From positions 2,328 to 66,327 of the forward strand of contig JAGAJI010000029.1 of NCBI GenBank assembly GCA_017626135.1: DNA of 64,000 nucleotides, given 5' to 3'. Origin of the DNA: Clostridia bacterium (GTDB lineage: Bacteria > Bacillota > Clostridia > Christensenellales > Borkfalkiaceae). The notes beneath the pieces were generated by a model. It did not search any database. It was not told the origin of the DNA and saw only the letters and a list, made by a program, of their open reading frames with translations. This document shows positions 1-9,436 of this stretch, one piece after another. Made by a program: the position numbers and the translations under genes. Numbering within the stretch: the stretch's first letter is position 1; each line of letters starts with the position of its first letter.

Positions 1-819
1 GTGACGGCGAATATCGACATCGTGAGCAAGACGGACGGAAAGCCGGGCATTGATATTTTCATCAAGCCGGGGACGAAGAACGAGAGCGTGCACATTCCCG
101 TCATCATCACGAAAGCGGGCTTGCAGGAGGTCGTGTACAACGATTTCTATATCGGCGAGGGCGCGGACGTCGTCATCGTGGCAGGTTGCGGTATTCACAA
201 CGACGGCGAGAATACGACTTCCCGTCACGACGGCGTGCATACCTTCCACGTCGGCAAAAACGCCAAAGTCAAGTACGTGGAAAAGCACTACGGCGAGGGG
301 GACGGGAACGGCAAGAACGTGATGAATCCCGAGACGGTGGTGCACCTCGACGAGGGCGCGCATATGACCATGGAAACGACGCAAATCAAGGGCATCGATT
401 CCACCAAGCGCATCACGCGCGCGGACATGAAGGAGGGGGCGAACTTTATCGTCAAGGAGAAGCTGTACACCCACGGCAATCAGGTGGCGGACACCGATTT
501 CGTCATCGATATGAACGGAGAGGGTTGCAGCGCGGACGTCATGTCGAGATCGGTCGCGGCGGGGCATTCCGTCCAGCACTTCGTTTCGACGATGAACGGC
601 AACGCACCCTGTCACGGACACACCGAATGCGACGCCATCATCATGGATAAGGCGGCGGTGACGGCGGCTCCCTGCCTCACGGCAAACCATATCGACGCGG
701 AGCTCATTCACGAGGCGGCGATCGGGAAGATTGCAGGGGAACAGCTCGTCAAGCTGATGACTCTCGGGCTCACCGAACAGGAAGCGGAAGAGCAGATCAT
801 CAAAGGCTTTTTACATTGA
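1..819 (+). CDS. Fe-S cluster assembly protein, SufB/SufD family (C-terminal part; true 5' end probably upstream of window)
   Basis: The C-terminal signature ...DAELIHEAAIGKIAGEQLVKLMTLGLTEQEAEEQIIKGFL is typical of SufB/SufD. The ORF begins at base 1 on a GTG that is probably internal. Confidence 0.75.
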   Translation: MTANIDIVSKTDGKPGIDIFIKPGTKNESVHIPVIITKAGLQEVVYNDFYIGEGADVVIVAGCGIHNDGENTTSRHDGVHTFHVGKNAKVKYVEKHYGEGDGNGKNVMNPETVVHLDEGAHMTMETTQIKGIDSTKRITRADMKEGANFIVKEKLYTHGNQVADTDFVIDMNGEGCSADVMSRSVAAGHSVQHFVSTMNGNAPCHGHTECDAIIMDKAAVTAAPCLTANHIDAELIHEAAIGKIAGEQLVKLMTLGLTEQEAEEQIIKGFLH

Positions 820-859
820 GAAAAAAATATTGAAAAAAATACAATAGGAGAACTATATC

Positions 860-2236
860 ATGAGTGAACTTGCTTACAAAAGAACGAACGTGTATGAAAA
901 GGCGGACGAAAAGCTCCTGAAAGAAATTTTCGATTACGCCGAAGGCTATAAGACCTTCCTCGACGAAGGCAAAACGGAACGCGAAGTCTGCGCAAACGTC
1001 GTAAAGGCGGCGCAAAAGGCGGGCTATCAGCCCTTTGAGTTCGGTAGGAAGCTCAAAGCAGGCGACAAAGTCTACTACAACAACCGCGGCAAAAACGTGT
1101 ACCTCATTCGTATGGGCAAAGCGGACGTGGCGAAGGACGGAATCCGTATCATCGCTTCCCATATCGACAGCCCCCGTATCGACTTGAAACAGGTGCCTTT
1201 GTACGAAGCGGAACAGATTGCGTTTGCCAAGACCCATTATTACGGGGGGCTGCGCAAATATCAGTGGGCGACTATTCCCCTTGCTCTGCACGGCGCAGTC
1301 ATTCTGAAGGACGGCAGTAAGCTGGAAGTTAGAATCGGCGAGGACGAAAGCGATCCCGTATTCTACATCAGCGATTTGCTCCCGCACCTTGCGGCGAAGC
1401 AGAATGCAAAACCTCTCGGCACCGCCATCGAAGGGGAAGACCTCAATATCTGGTTCGGCAATATCCCTTACGTGGCGGCGGAAAACGAAAAGGACAGAAC
1501 GGTCAAGGAAAACGTGCTGAAAATTCTTCACGACAAGTACGGCATGGAAGAGGCGGATTTCCTCAGCGCGGAGCTGTGCCTCGTTCCTGCGTTCAAGGCG
1601 AAGGACATCGGCTTTGACAGAGCGCTCATCGGCGCGTACGGTCACGACGACCGCGTATGCTCCTACCCTGCGTACACCGCTCTGTTGGACGAACCCTCCG
1701 AAGAACACACCGTCATGGTGGTGCTTGCGGACAAGGAAGAGATCGGCAGCGAGGGTACGACGGGTATGCAATGCGCGATCTTCACCGACCTGATCGACGA
1801 AATCGCGGCAGCCGCAGGCGTTTCTTCCGCGGCGGTACGCGCACACTCGAAGTGTCTTTCCGCAGACGTCAACGCGGCGTACGACCCCAACTACGGCGAC
1901 GTACTCGAAAAGATGAACGCCACCTACCTTTCCCACGGCGCAGGGTTGACGAAGTTCACGGGCTCAAGAGGGAAGAGCGGTTCTTCGGACGCAGACGCCG
2001 AATACGTGGGCTATATCCGTAAACTCTTCGACGACAACGGCGTGATTTGGCAGACGGGCGAGCTCGGCAAAGTGGACGTTGGCGGCGGCGGCACGGTGGC
2101 GAAATTCATCGCGGCGATGAACATCGATACCGTGGATATCGGCGTTGCGGTGGCTTCCATGCACGCACCCTACGAAGTCGTTTCCAAAGCGGACGTATAC
2201 GAAGCGTACCTCGCGTTCAGAGCGTTCATAAAATAA
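860..2236 (+). CDS. M18-family aminopeptidase (aminopeptidase 1 / aspartyl aminopeptidase-like)
   Basis: ATG at 860 follows the SD TAGGAG. It has the ASHIDSPRIDLK motif and a C-terminal SMHAPYE, both typical of peptidase family M18. Length 458 aa. Confidence 0.85.
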   Translation: MSELAYKRTNVYEKADEKLLKEIFDYAEGYKTFLDEGKTEREVCANVVKAAQKAGYQPFEFGRKLKAGDKVYYNNRGKNVYLIRMGKADVAKDGIRIIASHIDSPRIDLKQVPLYEAEQIAFAKTHYYGGLRKYQWATIPLALHGAVILKDGSKLEVRIGEDESDPVFYISDLLPHLAAKQNAKPLGTAIEGEDLNIWFGNIPYVAAENEKDRTVKENVLKILHDKYGMEEADFLSAELCLVPAFKAKDIGFDRALIGAYGHDDRVCSYPAYTALLDEPSEEHTVMVVLADKEEIGSEGTTGMQCAIFTDLIDEIAAAAGVSSAAVRAHSKCLSADVNAAYDPNYGDVLEKMNATYLSHGAGLTKFTGSRGKSGSSDADAEYVGYIRKLFDDNGVIWQTGELGKVDVGGGGTVAKFIAAMNIDTVDIGVAVASMHAPYEVVSKADVYEAYLAFRAFIK

Positions 2237-2267
2237 GGCAGAATATCAAACAAGTCAACAAATTTTG

Positions 2268-2297
2268 ATCCGACGCTTTCAAGCGTCGGATTTTTTG
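2268..2297 (+). terminator. Rho-independent terminator after the aminopeptidase gene
   Basis: Hairpin ATCCGACGC-tttcaa-GCGTCGGAT followed by TTTTTT. Confidence 0.8.
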
Positions 2298-2326
2298 TTA
2301 AATGAAGATATAAATTAAAAAATCTA

Positions 2327-2355
2327 TTGACAAGGACGGAAAAAAGTGGTAAAAT
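2327..2355 (+). promoter_or_regulatory. Sigma-A type promoter for the collagen-like lipoprotein gene
   Basis: TTGACA (2327-2332), a 17-nt spacer, then TAAAAT (2350-2355) with TG upstream. A near-identical module occurs at 46365-46402. Confidence 0.6.
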
Positions 2356-2419
2356 CAATATATAACATACTTTTATAGTCCATAAGAGTAGGCTTATAAA
2401 AAAATTAGGAGGTCTTTTT

Positions 2420-4444
2420 ATGAAAAAGACAAGAAAGATTCTTTTGACGGTGTTGAGCGTACTTACGGTAGCGTCGGTATCGCTCGGCGCAGCGTCGTGT
2501 GAGTTGATTGGTTTACTCCCCCTTCCCAACAGTTCTACACCACAAACCACGGACAACGAATTCCGTCAGGTCTACGCGATGTACGTAACGTATGCGGAAG
2601 AACAAGGCATCACCCCTCTTTCTTATGAGGCGTGGCTGATGAGTGTTCGCGGCGAAAAAGGTGACAAGGGCGAACAAGGCGAACAGGGTCCCGCGGGTGA
2701 AGACGGAAAAGACGGTGTGGACGGCGAAGACGGACAGGACGGTTTGACGCCTTACGTCGGCGAGAACGGGAACTGGTGGATCGGCGATATCGATACGGGT
2801 ATTCAAGCGACCGGCGATAAAGGTGACAAAGGCGACAAAGGCGAGCAGGGTGAACAAGGTCCCCAAGGTGAAAAAGGTGACAAAGGTGACCAAGGAGAGC
2901 AAGGTCCCGCAGGCGCCGACGGTGAGGACGGCAAAGACGGCGCAGACGGCAAGTCCGCGTATCAGATTTGGCTTGACGCCGGTCACGAAGGCACGGAAGA
3001 CGACTTCCTCGCTTGGCTGAAAGGCGCAACCGGAGAAAAGGGTGACCAAGGCGACAAGGGTGATAAAGGCGACCAGGGTGTAGGGATTGAAAAGGTAGAA
3101 TACGACGCAGACGGCAATCTTGTGATTACGTTTACGGACGGGACCACGCAGACGGTGGTGATGCCCGAACCCGAAACGCACGTACATACCTTTGGCGACT
3201 GGACACAATATAGTGACCCTGACGCCGCAAATCAAGTGCTTTTCCGCGTATGCTTGACTTGTAGTCAAATCGAATGGAAATTAAGTTCCCATACGGCGCA
3301 TAATTGGACGGTGGTGACCACTCCGCCCACTTGTCAGGCGCAAGGTTACGACACAAAAACTTGCTCGATTTGCGGTAAGGTAGAGGTGGAGAATTACACG
3401 GATATTATCGACCACGCTTGGGCGACGGAATATACTTTTGACAACTCTTTCCATTGGTACGAATGTAACACCTGCGACGAAATCAAAGATAAAGCCGAAC
3501 ATACCCCCGACGAATCGGGTGAATGTTCCGTTTGTAAGGCTTTGGTAGGCGCAACCGAAGGGGTGGTGTACGACGTTTTTGATGGTGGCGCCTATGCAGG
3601 AGTAATCGGTTACGAAGGCACGGCAACGAGAGTAAGAATTGCAGATACCTACAACGGCTTGCCTGTGAAAACGATTTACGACCAAGCATTTAATAACAAT
3701 GATAAAATCACTTCGGTGATTATCCCCGACAACGTGACTTCGATTGGTTCTAGGGCGTTCGATGATTGCGATAGCTTAACGAGCGTGGTGATCGGGGACA
3801 GCGTGACTTCGATCGGTGAGAGGGCGTTCTCTTTTTGCGATAGCTTGACGAGCGTGGAAATTCCCGACAGCGTGACTTCGATCGGTGATTATGCGTTCAA
3901 TAGTTGCAGTAGCTTGACGTTTAATGAATATGGAAACTGTCAATATTTAGGCAACGAAGAAAACCCGTATCATGCATTGATTCAGGCAAAAACCGAAAAT
4001 TATAGTGCCTACACCATTCACGAGGATACCAAAGTAATAGCTGATTATGCATTTTCTGGTTGTACTCGTATGAGTAGTATTGTGATTCCCGACAGCGTGA
4101 CTTCAATCGGTAATGGGGCGTTCTCTTTTTGCGATAGCTTGACGAGCGTAGAAATTCCCGACAGCGTGACTTCGATTGGTGGGGGGGCGTTCTGTGGTTG
4201 CAGTAACTTGACGAGCGTGGAAATTCCCGACAGCGTGACTTCGATCGGTTATGAGGCGTTCGTTGGTTGCAGTAGTTTGACGAGCGTCTATTACAAAGGC
4301 ACGGCAAGCGAGTGGTCGGCAATCTCGATTGGGTGGAGCAATTCTTCCTTGACGAACGCGACGAAGTATTATTACAGCGAAACGGAGCCTACGGAAGAGG
4401 GCAACTATTGGCATTACGTAGACGGCGTGCCTACGAAATGGTAA
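2420..4444 (+). CDS. Surface lipoprotein with collagen-like G-X-Y stalk, Cys/His-rich modules and BspA-type leucine-rich repeats
   Basis: SD AGGAGG at 2407-2412. Signal peptide with lipobox LGAASC. Three G-X-Y blocks (GEKGDKGEQGEQGPAGEDGKDG...). Repeated IPDSVTSIGxxAFxxCxSLTSV units. Confidence 0.85.
   Translation: MKKTRKILLTVLSVLTVASVSLGAASCELIGLLPLPNSSTPQTTDNEFRQVYAMYVTYAEEQGITPLSYEAWLMSVRGEKGDKGEQGEQGPAGEDGKDGVDGEDGQDGLTPYVGENGNWWIGDIDTGIQATGDKGDKGDKGEQGEQGPQGEKGDKGDQGEQGPAGADGEDGKDGADGKSAYQIWLDAGHEGTEDDFLAWLKGATGEKGDQGDKGDKGDQGVGIEKVEYDADGNLVITFTDGTTQTVVMPEPETHVHTFGDWTQYSDPDAANQVLFRVCLTCSQIEWKLSSHTAHNWTVVTTPPTCQAQGYDTKTCSICGKVEVENYTDIIDHAWATEYTFDNSFHWYECNTCDEIKDKAEHTPDESGECSVCKALVGATEGVVYDVFDGGAYAGVIGYEGTATRVRIADTYNGLPVKTIYDQAFNNNDKITSVIIPDNVTSIGSRAFDDCDSLTSVVIGDSVTSIGERAFSFCDSLTSVEIPDSVTSIGDYAFNSCSSLTFNEYGNCQYLGNEENPYHALIQAKTENYSAYTIHEDTKVIADYAFSGCTRMSSIVIPDSVTSIGNGAFSFCDSLTSVEIPDSVTSIGGGAFCGCSNLTSVEIPDSVTSIGYEAFVGCSSLTSVYYKGTASEWSAISIGWSNSSLTNATKYYYSETEPTEEGNYWHYVDGVPTKW
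2651..3085 (+). repeat. Collagen-like G-X-Y triplet coding repeats (three blocks)
   Basis: Runs of GGT/GGC-NNN-NNN codons encode GDKGDKGEQGEQGP-type triplets. They are interrupted by PYVGENGNWWIGDIDTG and SAYQIWLDAGHEGTEDDFLAWLKG linkers. Confidence 0.9.
3650..4300 (+). repeat. Tandem LRR coding repeats with near-identical DNA copies
   Basis: Units of about 66-69 nt. For example, GCGTTCTCTTTTTGCGATAGCTTGACGAGCGTGGAAATTCCCGACAGCGTGACTTCGATCGGT recurs almost exactly near 3825-3890 and 4118-4180. Confidence 0.85.
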
Positions 4445-4477
4445 GGTCGGAAAGTAAGTAAATTTTGACGGTAAAAA

Positions 4478-4511
4478 ACCCTGCCCCGTGGCGAAAGCCA
4501 CGGGGCAGGGT
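4478..4511. terminator. Shared terminator hairpin between convergent genes
   Basis: ACCCTGCCCCGTGGC-gaaa-GCCACGGGGCAGGGT. The A-run on the + side gives a U-run for the minus-strand aminopeptidase transcript. The 3' arm is a 17/20 copy of the dispersed GGGGCAGG motif. Confidence 0.75.
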
Positions 4512-4528
4512 TGCGTTCAACGCAAAAA

Positions 4529-5803
4529 TTATCGTATAATAACGCCCTTTTCGTCGCGAAGGAAGGTCGAGCCGTAGAAAGCGGAAAGTCCCTTTTTCAT
4601 CTCCTCGTAATCGGCTTTGGCAAAACACTCGCAAGCGGCGTGCATGGCAAGCTGAGGAAGTCCGATATCCGCGCCGAGCATACTCGTGTGGCGGAGCGCC
4701 AAAGCGCCCAACGTGCTGCCGCTGCGTACGTCCGAGCGGTTGAAGAAGGTCTGATAGCGCACCTCTGCGTTGTCAAACACCGTCTTGACGAGGGCGCTTG
4801 CCAAGCCGTCGGTGATATACGCCTTGTTGGCGTGATTTTTAAGCACCACGCCGCCGCCGAGCGCCGTTTTGTTGGTCGGGTCAGCCTTTTCGGGGTGGTT
4901 GGGGTGGACGGCGTGCGCGTTATCCACCGATAAGAGGAAGGAGGACGCGAGCGCTTTATAGTATTCGTTGTCGTCAAAGCGGAGCGCGTACGCGATACGG
5001 CGGAGTACGTTTTCGAGAAAATCCCCGTCTGCGCCTTCGCTCGTCAAGCTCCCCATTTCCTCGTTATTCATGCACGCGGCGATACAGACGCCGCTGACGT
5101 TTTCAAGCCCCACCAAGGCGGATAAAGAGGCGCATACGCTTGTCAGATTGTCGATGCGGGGCGAGGCTAAAAACTCGTCGTTTACCCCGAACGAATAGGG
5201 CACGTCTGCGTTCACGAGGAAAAGATCGTGGGAAATCACCCCTTTGCCTGCAATTTTTTCCAGCAGATCCGCGGAGTTCTCCACGCCGCAAGATAAGCTC
5301 ACGAGGGGGGCTAAATCTACCTGCGCGTTGACGGCAAAGCCGTCGTTGGCGTTCCGATTTTGATGAATGGCAACGGAGGGAATGACGACGCGGAAGGGGG
5401 ATTCTACCACTTCTTCATACAGGCGGTCGTTCTCCTTTTTGATGACGCGCCCGGCGATCTGCAAGGGACGGTCGAAGAAGGAGTACCAAATGCCGCCGCC
5501 GTAGGTCTCCGTGTTGAGGGTGGCGTAGAGCGCGGATTTTTGCAAGGGGTTTTCCTTGAGTTTGAGCGCGGGGGAGTCGGTGTGCGAGGCGACGATTTTA
5601 TAAGAAAATTCGTTGAGCGCGCCCACCGTGAACGCAACGAGCGCTCCGCCGCGGACGACGTAATATTTGCCGCCCTCTGCGATCTGCCAGTCCTCCGTCT
5701 CCGAAAGTTTTGTAAACCCTGCGCGCAAGAGCAACCCCTCCGCCTCTTTCACGGCGTGGTAGGGGGTGAGGGAATTTTGTAAATAGGGAATGAGACGATC
5801 CAT
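4529..5803 (-). CDS. M18-family aminopeptidase (second paralog)
   Basis: ASHTDSPALKLKENP motif. I place the start at the ATG at 5803 (MDRLIPYLQ...), preceded by GGAGG. The 52 extra N-terminal codons in the track ORF (to 5959) have no SD and read like non-coding sequence. Confidence 0.85.
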   Translation of the reverse strand: MDRLIPYLQNSLTPYHAVKEAEGLLLRAGFTKLSETEDWQIAEGGKYYVVRGGALVAFTVGALNEFSYKIVASHTDSPALKLKENPLQKSALYATLNTETYGGGIWYSFFDRPLQIAGRVIKKENDRLYEEVVESPFRVVIPSVAIHQNRNANDGFAVNAQVDLAPLVSLSCGVENSADLLEKIAGKGVISHDLFLVNADVPYSFGVNDEFLASPRIDNLTSVCASLSALVGLENVSGVCIAACMNNEEMGSLTSEGADGDFLENVLRRIAYALRFDDNEYYKALASSFLLSVDNAHAVHPNHPEKADPTNKTALGGGVVLKNHANKAYITDGLASALVKTVFDNAEVRYQTFFNRSDVRSGSTLGALALRHTSMLGADIGLPQLAMHAACECFAKADYEEMKKGLSAFYGSTFLRDEKGVIIR

Positions 5804-6002
5804 ACGATACCTCCGAAAAGTCTTTTTGATATATCGTCGTAAACGTGTAACGACGTAATTATTGTAACATTTTTTTTCGCGTTTGACAAGTCTTTTGAAG
5901 AAGAAATTTTCGCAAAGGCTCCCCCTTTTCATGAGTGTTTTGTGAAACTGCGTTAACAATGTGAAAGTTTTGTAAAATCAAATGAAATCGTCACTTAATC
6001 TC

Positions 6003-6031
6003 TTGACAAAAAAGGGAATACTATCTATAAT
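6003..6031 (+). promoter_or_regulatory. Consensus sigma-A promoter of the marR-ABC operon
   Basis: TTGACA (6003-6008), a 17-nt spacer, TATAAT (6026-6031). An imperfect inverted repeat CTTGTAAT...ATACAAAG just downstream (6035-6054) is a possible MarR operator. Confidence 0.7.
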
Positions 6032-6067
6032 ATGTCTTGTAATCAAAATACAAAGTGAGGTACTCGT

Positions 6068-6547
6068 ATGTCTAAAAAAGTCAAAGAAACGACGAATCAA
6101 AGCGCAGAAAATTATCTGAAAGAAATTTTTACGTTGGTGCGCAAAGTAGAGACGCTGACCACAGCGGACAAAAAAACCCTTTTTAACAACACCGAATTCC
6201 GAATGCTCGGTGAAATCATCTGCGCCAAGTATGCAGGCAAACGAGTCATTTCGACGCAGCTTGCCCAAATACTCGGCGTTACCCGTTCGGCAATTTCTCA
6301 GATGGTGAGCCGCCTGGAAGAGCAGGGCGTAGTCAAGCGCGTGCCCGACAGCGTGGACAGGAAGATTGCCTACGTGGAGCTCACGGAAAAGACGTACGAA
6401 ACCTATCGGAAGGATTTGGAAGTATACGTCAATTTCGTGGATAGACTGGTGGAGAAGTTCGGCGCGGAACGCTTCCATACAATGATTTCCCTCGTCGACG
6501 AGTTTTGTGGGTTGGCGATGGAGGAAAAATCGAATATCGCTTTATAA
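6068..6547 (+). CDS. MarR-family transcriptional regulator
   Basis: Winged-helix segment ...ISTQLAQILGVTRSAISQMVSRLEEQGVVKRVPDSVDRKIAYVELTEKT. 159 aa. Sits first in an operon with the exporter. Confidence 0.85.
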   Translation: MSKKVKETTNQSAENYLKEIFTLVRKVETLTTADKKTLFNNTEFRMLGEIICAKYAGKRVISTQLAQILGVTRSAISQMVSRLEEQGVVKRVPDSVDRKIAYVELTEKTYETYRKDLEVYVNFVDRLVEKFGAERFHTMISLVDEFCGLAMEEKSNIAL

Positions 6548-6575
6548 CTTTGCATATACCTAACGGAGACGGATC

Positions 6576-9380
6576 ATGTTACAGTTAAAAAATATCAAAA
6601 AGGACTATGTGACCGAAAATCTCACCGTTCATGCGTTGAAGGGTGTGGATTTGAAGTTCCGCAAAAACGAATTCGTATCCATTTTGGGTGCGTCCGGGTG
6701 CGGGAAGACTACCTTGCTCAATATCATCGGCGGACTCGACCACTACACGTCGGGGGAGCTCGTCATTTGCGGTAAATCCACGAAGGACTACGACGACCGC
6801 GACTGGGACACGTACAGAAACCACCGTATCGGGTTCGTATTCCAGTCCTATAACCTCATTCCCCACCAGACGATTTTGGGGAACGTCGAAATTGCGTTGA
6901 CGATTGCCGGCGTCTCCAAAGCGGAACGCAGGAAACGCGCGCAAGAGGCGTTGGAGAAAGTGGGCTTGGGTGCGGAAATCAATAAGAAACCCAACCAGCT
7001 TTCGGGCGGTCAGATGCAGCGTGTGGCGATTGCCAGAGCCCTCGTCAACAATCCCGAGATTTTGCTCGCCGACGAGCCCACGGGTGCGTTGGATACGACG
7101 ACGAGCGTACAGATTATGGATCTGATCCGTGAAATTGCAGGCGAACGCCTCGTTATCATGGTTACCCACAACCCCGAGCTTGCCGAAAAGTACTCCACCC
7201 GTATCGTCCGTTTGCAGGACGGCGTGGTGCTCTCCGACAGCAATCCTTACGAAGGCGACGACCCCCTGCCCGAAACGGTGGAGGAAGCGCCTGTCGATAC
7301 AGCGACCGCAGAGGATAAAAAACGCAATAAGATCGAGAAGAGATTGAAAAAATTTGCGGAGAAATTCGCGAGAAAGACCGCCAAAAAGGAAGAGAAGAAA
7401 TCTTCGATGTCCTTTAAGACCGCCTTGGGGCTCAGCGCGCAGAACCTGCTCATGAAGAAGGGGCGTACGGCGGTGACGAGCATCGCCGGCAGTATCGGCA
7501 TCATCAGCGTCTGCCTCGTGCTTGCGCTCTCCAACGGATTCAACAATTATATTTTGCGTATGCAGGAAGATATGCTTTCCTCTGCGCCTCTGTCCGTTCA
7601 GGAAACGACGCTCGACGTCAGTTCCATTCTGTCGGGATTTAATTCGGCAACCGATCTGCCCGATCTGTCCCAGCTTGACAACGAAATCTACGTCAACTCC
7701 TTCCTCACGAACATCGCGCAGGGTATGCAGGTGACGAACGATATCTCCGATGAATATATTTCTTATCTGGAAGATGCGAGCGAGCATTACGAGACCCTTT
7801 CCTACGGGACGGGCGCGACGCTCAAACATTCCCTGTTTACGGAAGTGAATATCAAGGAGGACGGCGCGGAAAAGAAAGTGGTCATGTCCCTTTCCGAACT
7901 CCGTGAATACTACACTTTGAAACTGTTGCAGTTGGACGCACAATACTCCAACCTTGCGTATCTCGTCAACTACTTGGGTGATATGCAGGGCAAGATGCCG
8001 GGGACGGCAGACGTGAACGACCCGAACTTCGGGAAATACGTACAATCGCAATACGAAGTCGTAGCGGGAACCTTCCCGAAAGCTTCCAACGAAGGGGTGC
8101 TCGTCGTCGGCGGCAATAACGACATCATCGACTTGTCGCTCGCGCAGCTCGGCTTTATCGGGGAAGATACCTTCCTCAGCCTGTTTCAGACGGGGAACGA
8201 ACGACCGGATATGCGCCTTGATTACGACGAGATCCTCGGCAAGACGTATATGCTCAACGGCAACGACACCATCTATCAGAAGGCGACGGACGGCAATTAC
8301 GTCTATAACTACACGGGTAGGCGGGACCAGTTGGACGTGGGGTCGGGTGTGTCCGTCAAGATCACCGCAATCTTGCGCCTCAAAGACGGCTTGAACTACG
8401 GGTGCCTCGGGAGCGGTATGAGCGGCATGACGGGGGGATTGTTCCTCACCGAACAGCTCTATAACGAGTGGATCGAGGTCAACCAAAATTCCCAGATCGT
8501 TTCCACCTTGAAAATGCAGAATGAGAAACGCGAAGAGTTCGTCAAAGCGACGCAGGAGCTTTCGGAGATGGAACAGGATTTGAGCCCCAACAGCGCGTAT
8601 ATGAATAAGCTGACGCAAATTTTCAACCTGTTGAAGGAGAAAGACGCTTTCCGCGTTGCGGCGGAGACGGTGGAGAAGAACTATATGTCCGGTTCGTCCA
8701 TGGCAGGTCAGGGCGGCGAAGGCGGCACGGGTAGCAGCGATATGATGGCAAGCTATTTAAGCGAGGTCAATTTCCTCTACGGCGACGGCGCGATCCGTAC
8801 GGTGGGAGGGGAATCCAAGCCCAACTCCATTCAGATCTACGTAAGCAATTTCGAGGCGAAAGAGGCGCTCATCGCACACCTGGATGCCTGGAACGATACG
8901 CACGACGTCAATCAGCAAGTCAAATACACCGACTCCATCGGCACGATGATGAGCATGGTGGAAATGATTTTGGACGTCATTACGTACGTGCTCGTGGCGT
9001 TTACGGCAATTTCCCTCGTCGTATCTTCCGTCATGATTGGGATCATCACTTACGTCTCCGTGGTCGAACGAGTCAAGGAGATCGGCGTGTTGCGCTCGCT
9101 CGGCGCAAGAAAGAGAGATATCAAAAACCTTTTCAACGCAGAGACTTTCATTATCGGGCTGGCTTCGGGCTTGATCGGCGTCGGCGTATCCTATCTTATC
9201 GCTTTCGTCGTGAACTTGATTTTGCTGGGATTGACGGGGATCCCGTCCCTTGCGTCCCTGCCCGTTACCTCGGCGGTGATCATGGTCGTCATCAGCGTCG
9301 TGCTGACCCTCATCAGCGGTTTGATCCCTGCCAACGCGGCGGCGAAAAAAGATCCCGTCGTGGCGCTCAGATCGGAATAA
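6576..9380 (+). CDS. Fused ABC transporter ATP-binding protein / FtsX-type permease (MacB-like exporter)
   Basis: Walker A GASGCGKTT, signature LSGGQMQR, Walker B ILLADEPTGALD. It has a long extracytoplasmic region and a C-terminal FtsX domain (RVKEIGVLRSLGARKRDI plus TM helices). Confidence 0.9.
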   Translation: MLQLKNIKKDYVTENLTVHALKGVDLKFRKNEFVSILGASGCGKTTLLNIIGGLDHYTSGELVICGKSTKDYDDRDWDTYRNHRIGFVFQSYNLIPHQTILGNVEIALTIAGVSKAERRKRAQEALEKVGLGAEINKKPNQLSGGQMQRVAIARALVNNPEILLADEPTGALDTTTSVQIMDLIREIAGERLVIMVTHNPELAEKYSTRIVRLQDGVVLSDSNPYEGDDPLPETVEEAPVDTATAEDKKRNKIEKRLKKFAEKFARKTAKKEEKKSSMSFKTALGLSAQNLLMKKGRTAVTSIAGSIGIISVCLVLALSNGFNNYILRMQEDMLSSAPLSVQETTLDVSSILSGFNSATDLPDLSQLDNEIYVNSFLTNIAQGMQVTNDISDEYISYLEDASEHYETLSYGTGATLKHSLFTEVNIKEDGAEKKVVMSLSELREYYTLKLLQLDAQYSNLAYLVNYLGDMQGKMPGTADVNDPNFGKYVQSQYEVVAGTFPKASNEGVLVVGGNNDIIDLSLAQLGFIGEDTFLSLFQTGNERPDMRLDYDEILGKTYMLNGNDTIYQKATDGNYVYNYTGRRDQLDVGSGVSVKITAILRLKDGLNYGCLGSGMSGMTGGLFLTEQLYNEWIEVNQNSQIVSTLKMQNEKREEFVKATQELSEMEQDLSPNSAYMNKLTQIFNLLKEKDAFRVAAETVEKNYMSGSSMAGQGGEGGTGSSDMMASYLSEVNFLYGDGAIRTVGGESKPNSIQIYVSNFEAKEALIAHLDAWNDTHDVNQQVKYTDSIGTMMSMVEMILDVITYVLVAFTAISLVVSSVMIGIITYVSVVERVKEIGVLRSLGARKRDIKNLFNAETFIIGLASGLIGVGVSYLIAFVVNLILLGLTGIPSLASLPVTSAVIMVVISVVLTLISGLIPANAAAKKDPVVALRSE

Positions 9381-9436
9381 GGAAAAATTGCGAAGGAAGG
9401 TGTTTGCCTTCCTTCGTTGTATAGGAGAAAAAAACT

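Noticed and set aside
5938-5957. Rex operator TTGTGAAACTGCGTTAACAA upstream of the second M18 peptidase; also TTGTTATTATCGATAAAA upstream of rex (45406-45423)
   Set aside because: The half-sites resemble TTGTGAA/TTCACAA, but the spacing is 6 nt instead of the usual 4 and the right half is imperfect. The rex-proximal site is weaker still. This is not enough for a regulatory call.
6585-8618. Long antisense ORFs opposite well-supported genes. Examples: 6585-8618 (677 aa), 800-1936, 11620-13710 (696 aa), 17213-18400, 22261-23469, 25220-26572, 28422-29483, 37700-39292 (530 aa), 53696-55303, 57473-58636, 59090-62161 (1,023 aa).
   Set aside because: Each lies entirely within a gene on the other strand that has clear family motifs. 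Their translations are Arg/His/Phe/Val-rich and low-complexity, and they lack SD sites. They are the expected stop-poor shadow frames of GC3-biased coding DNA.
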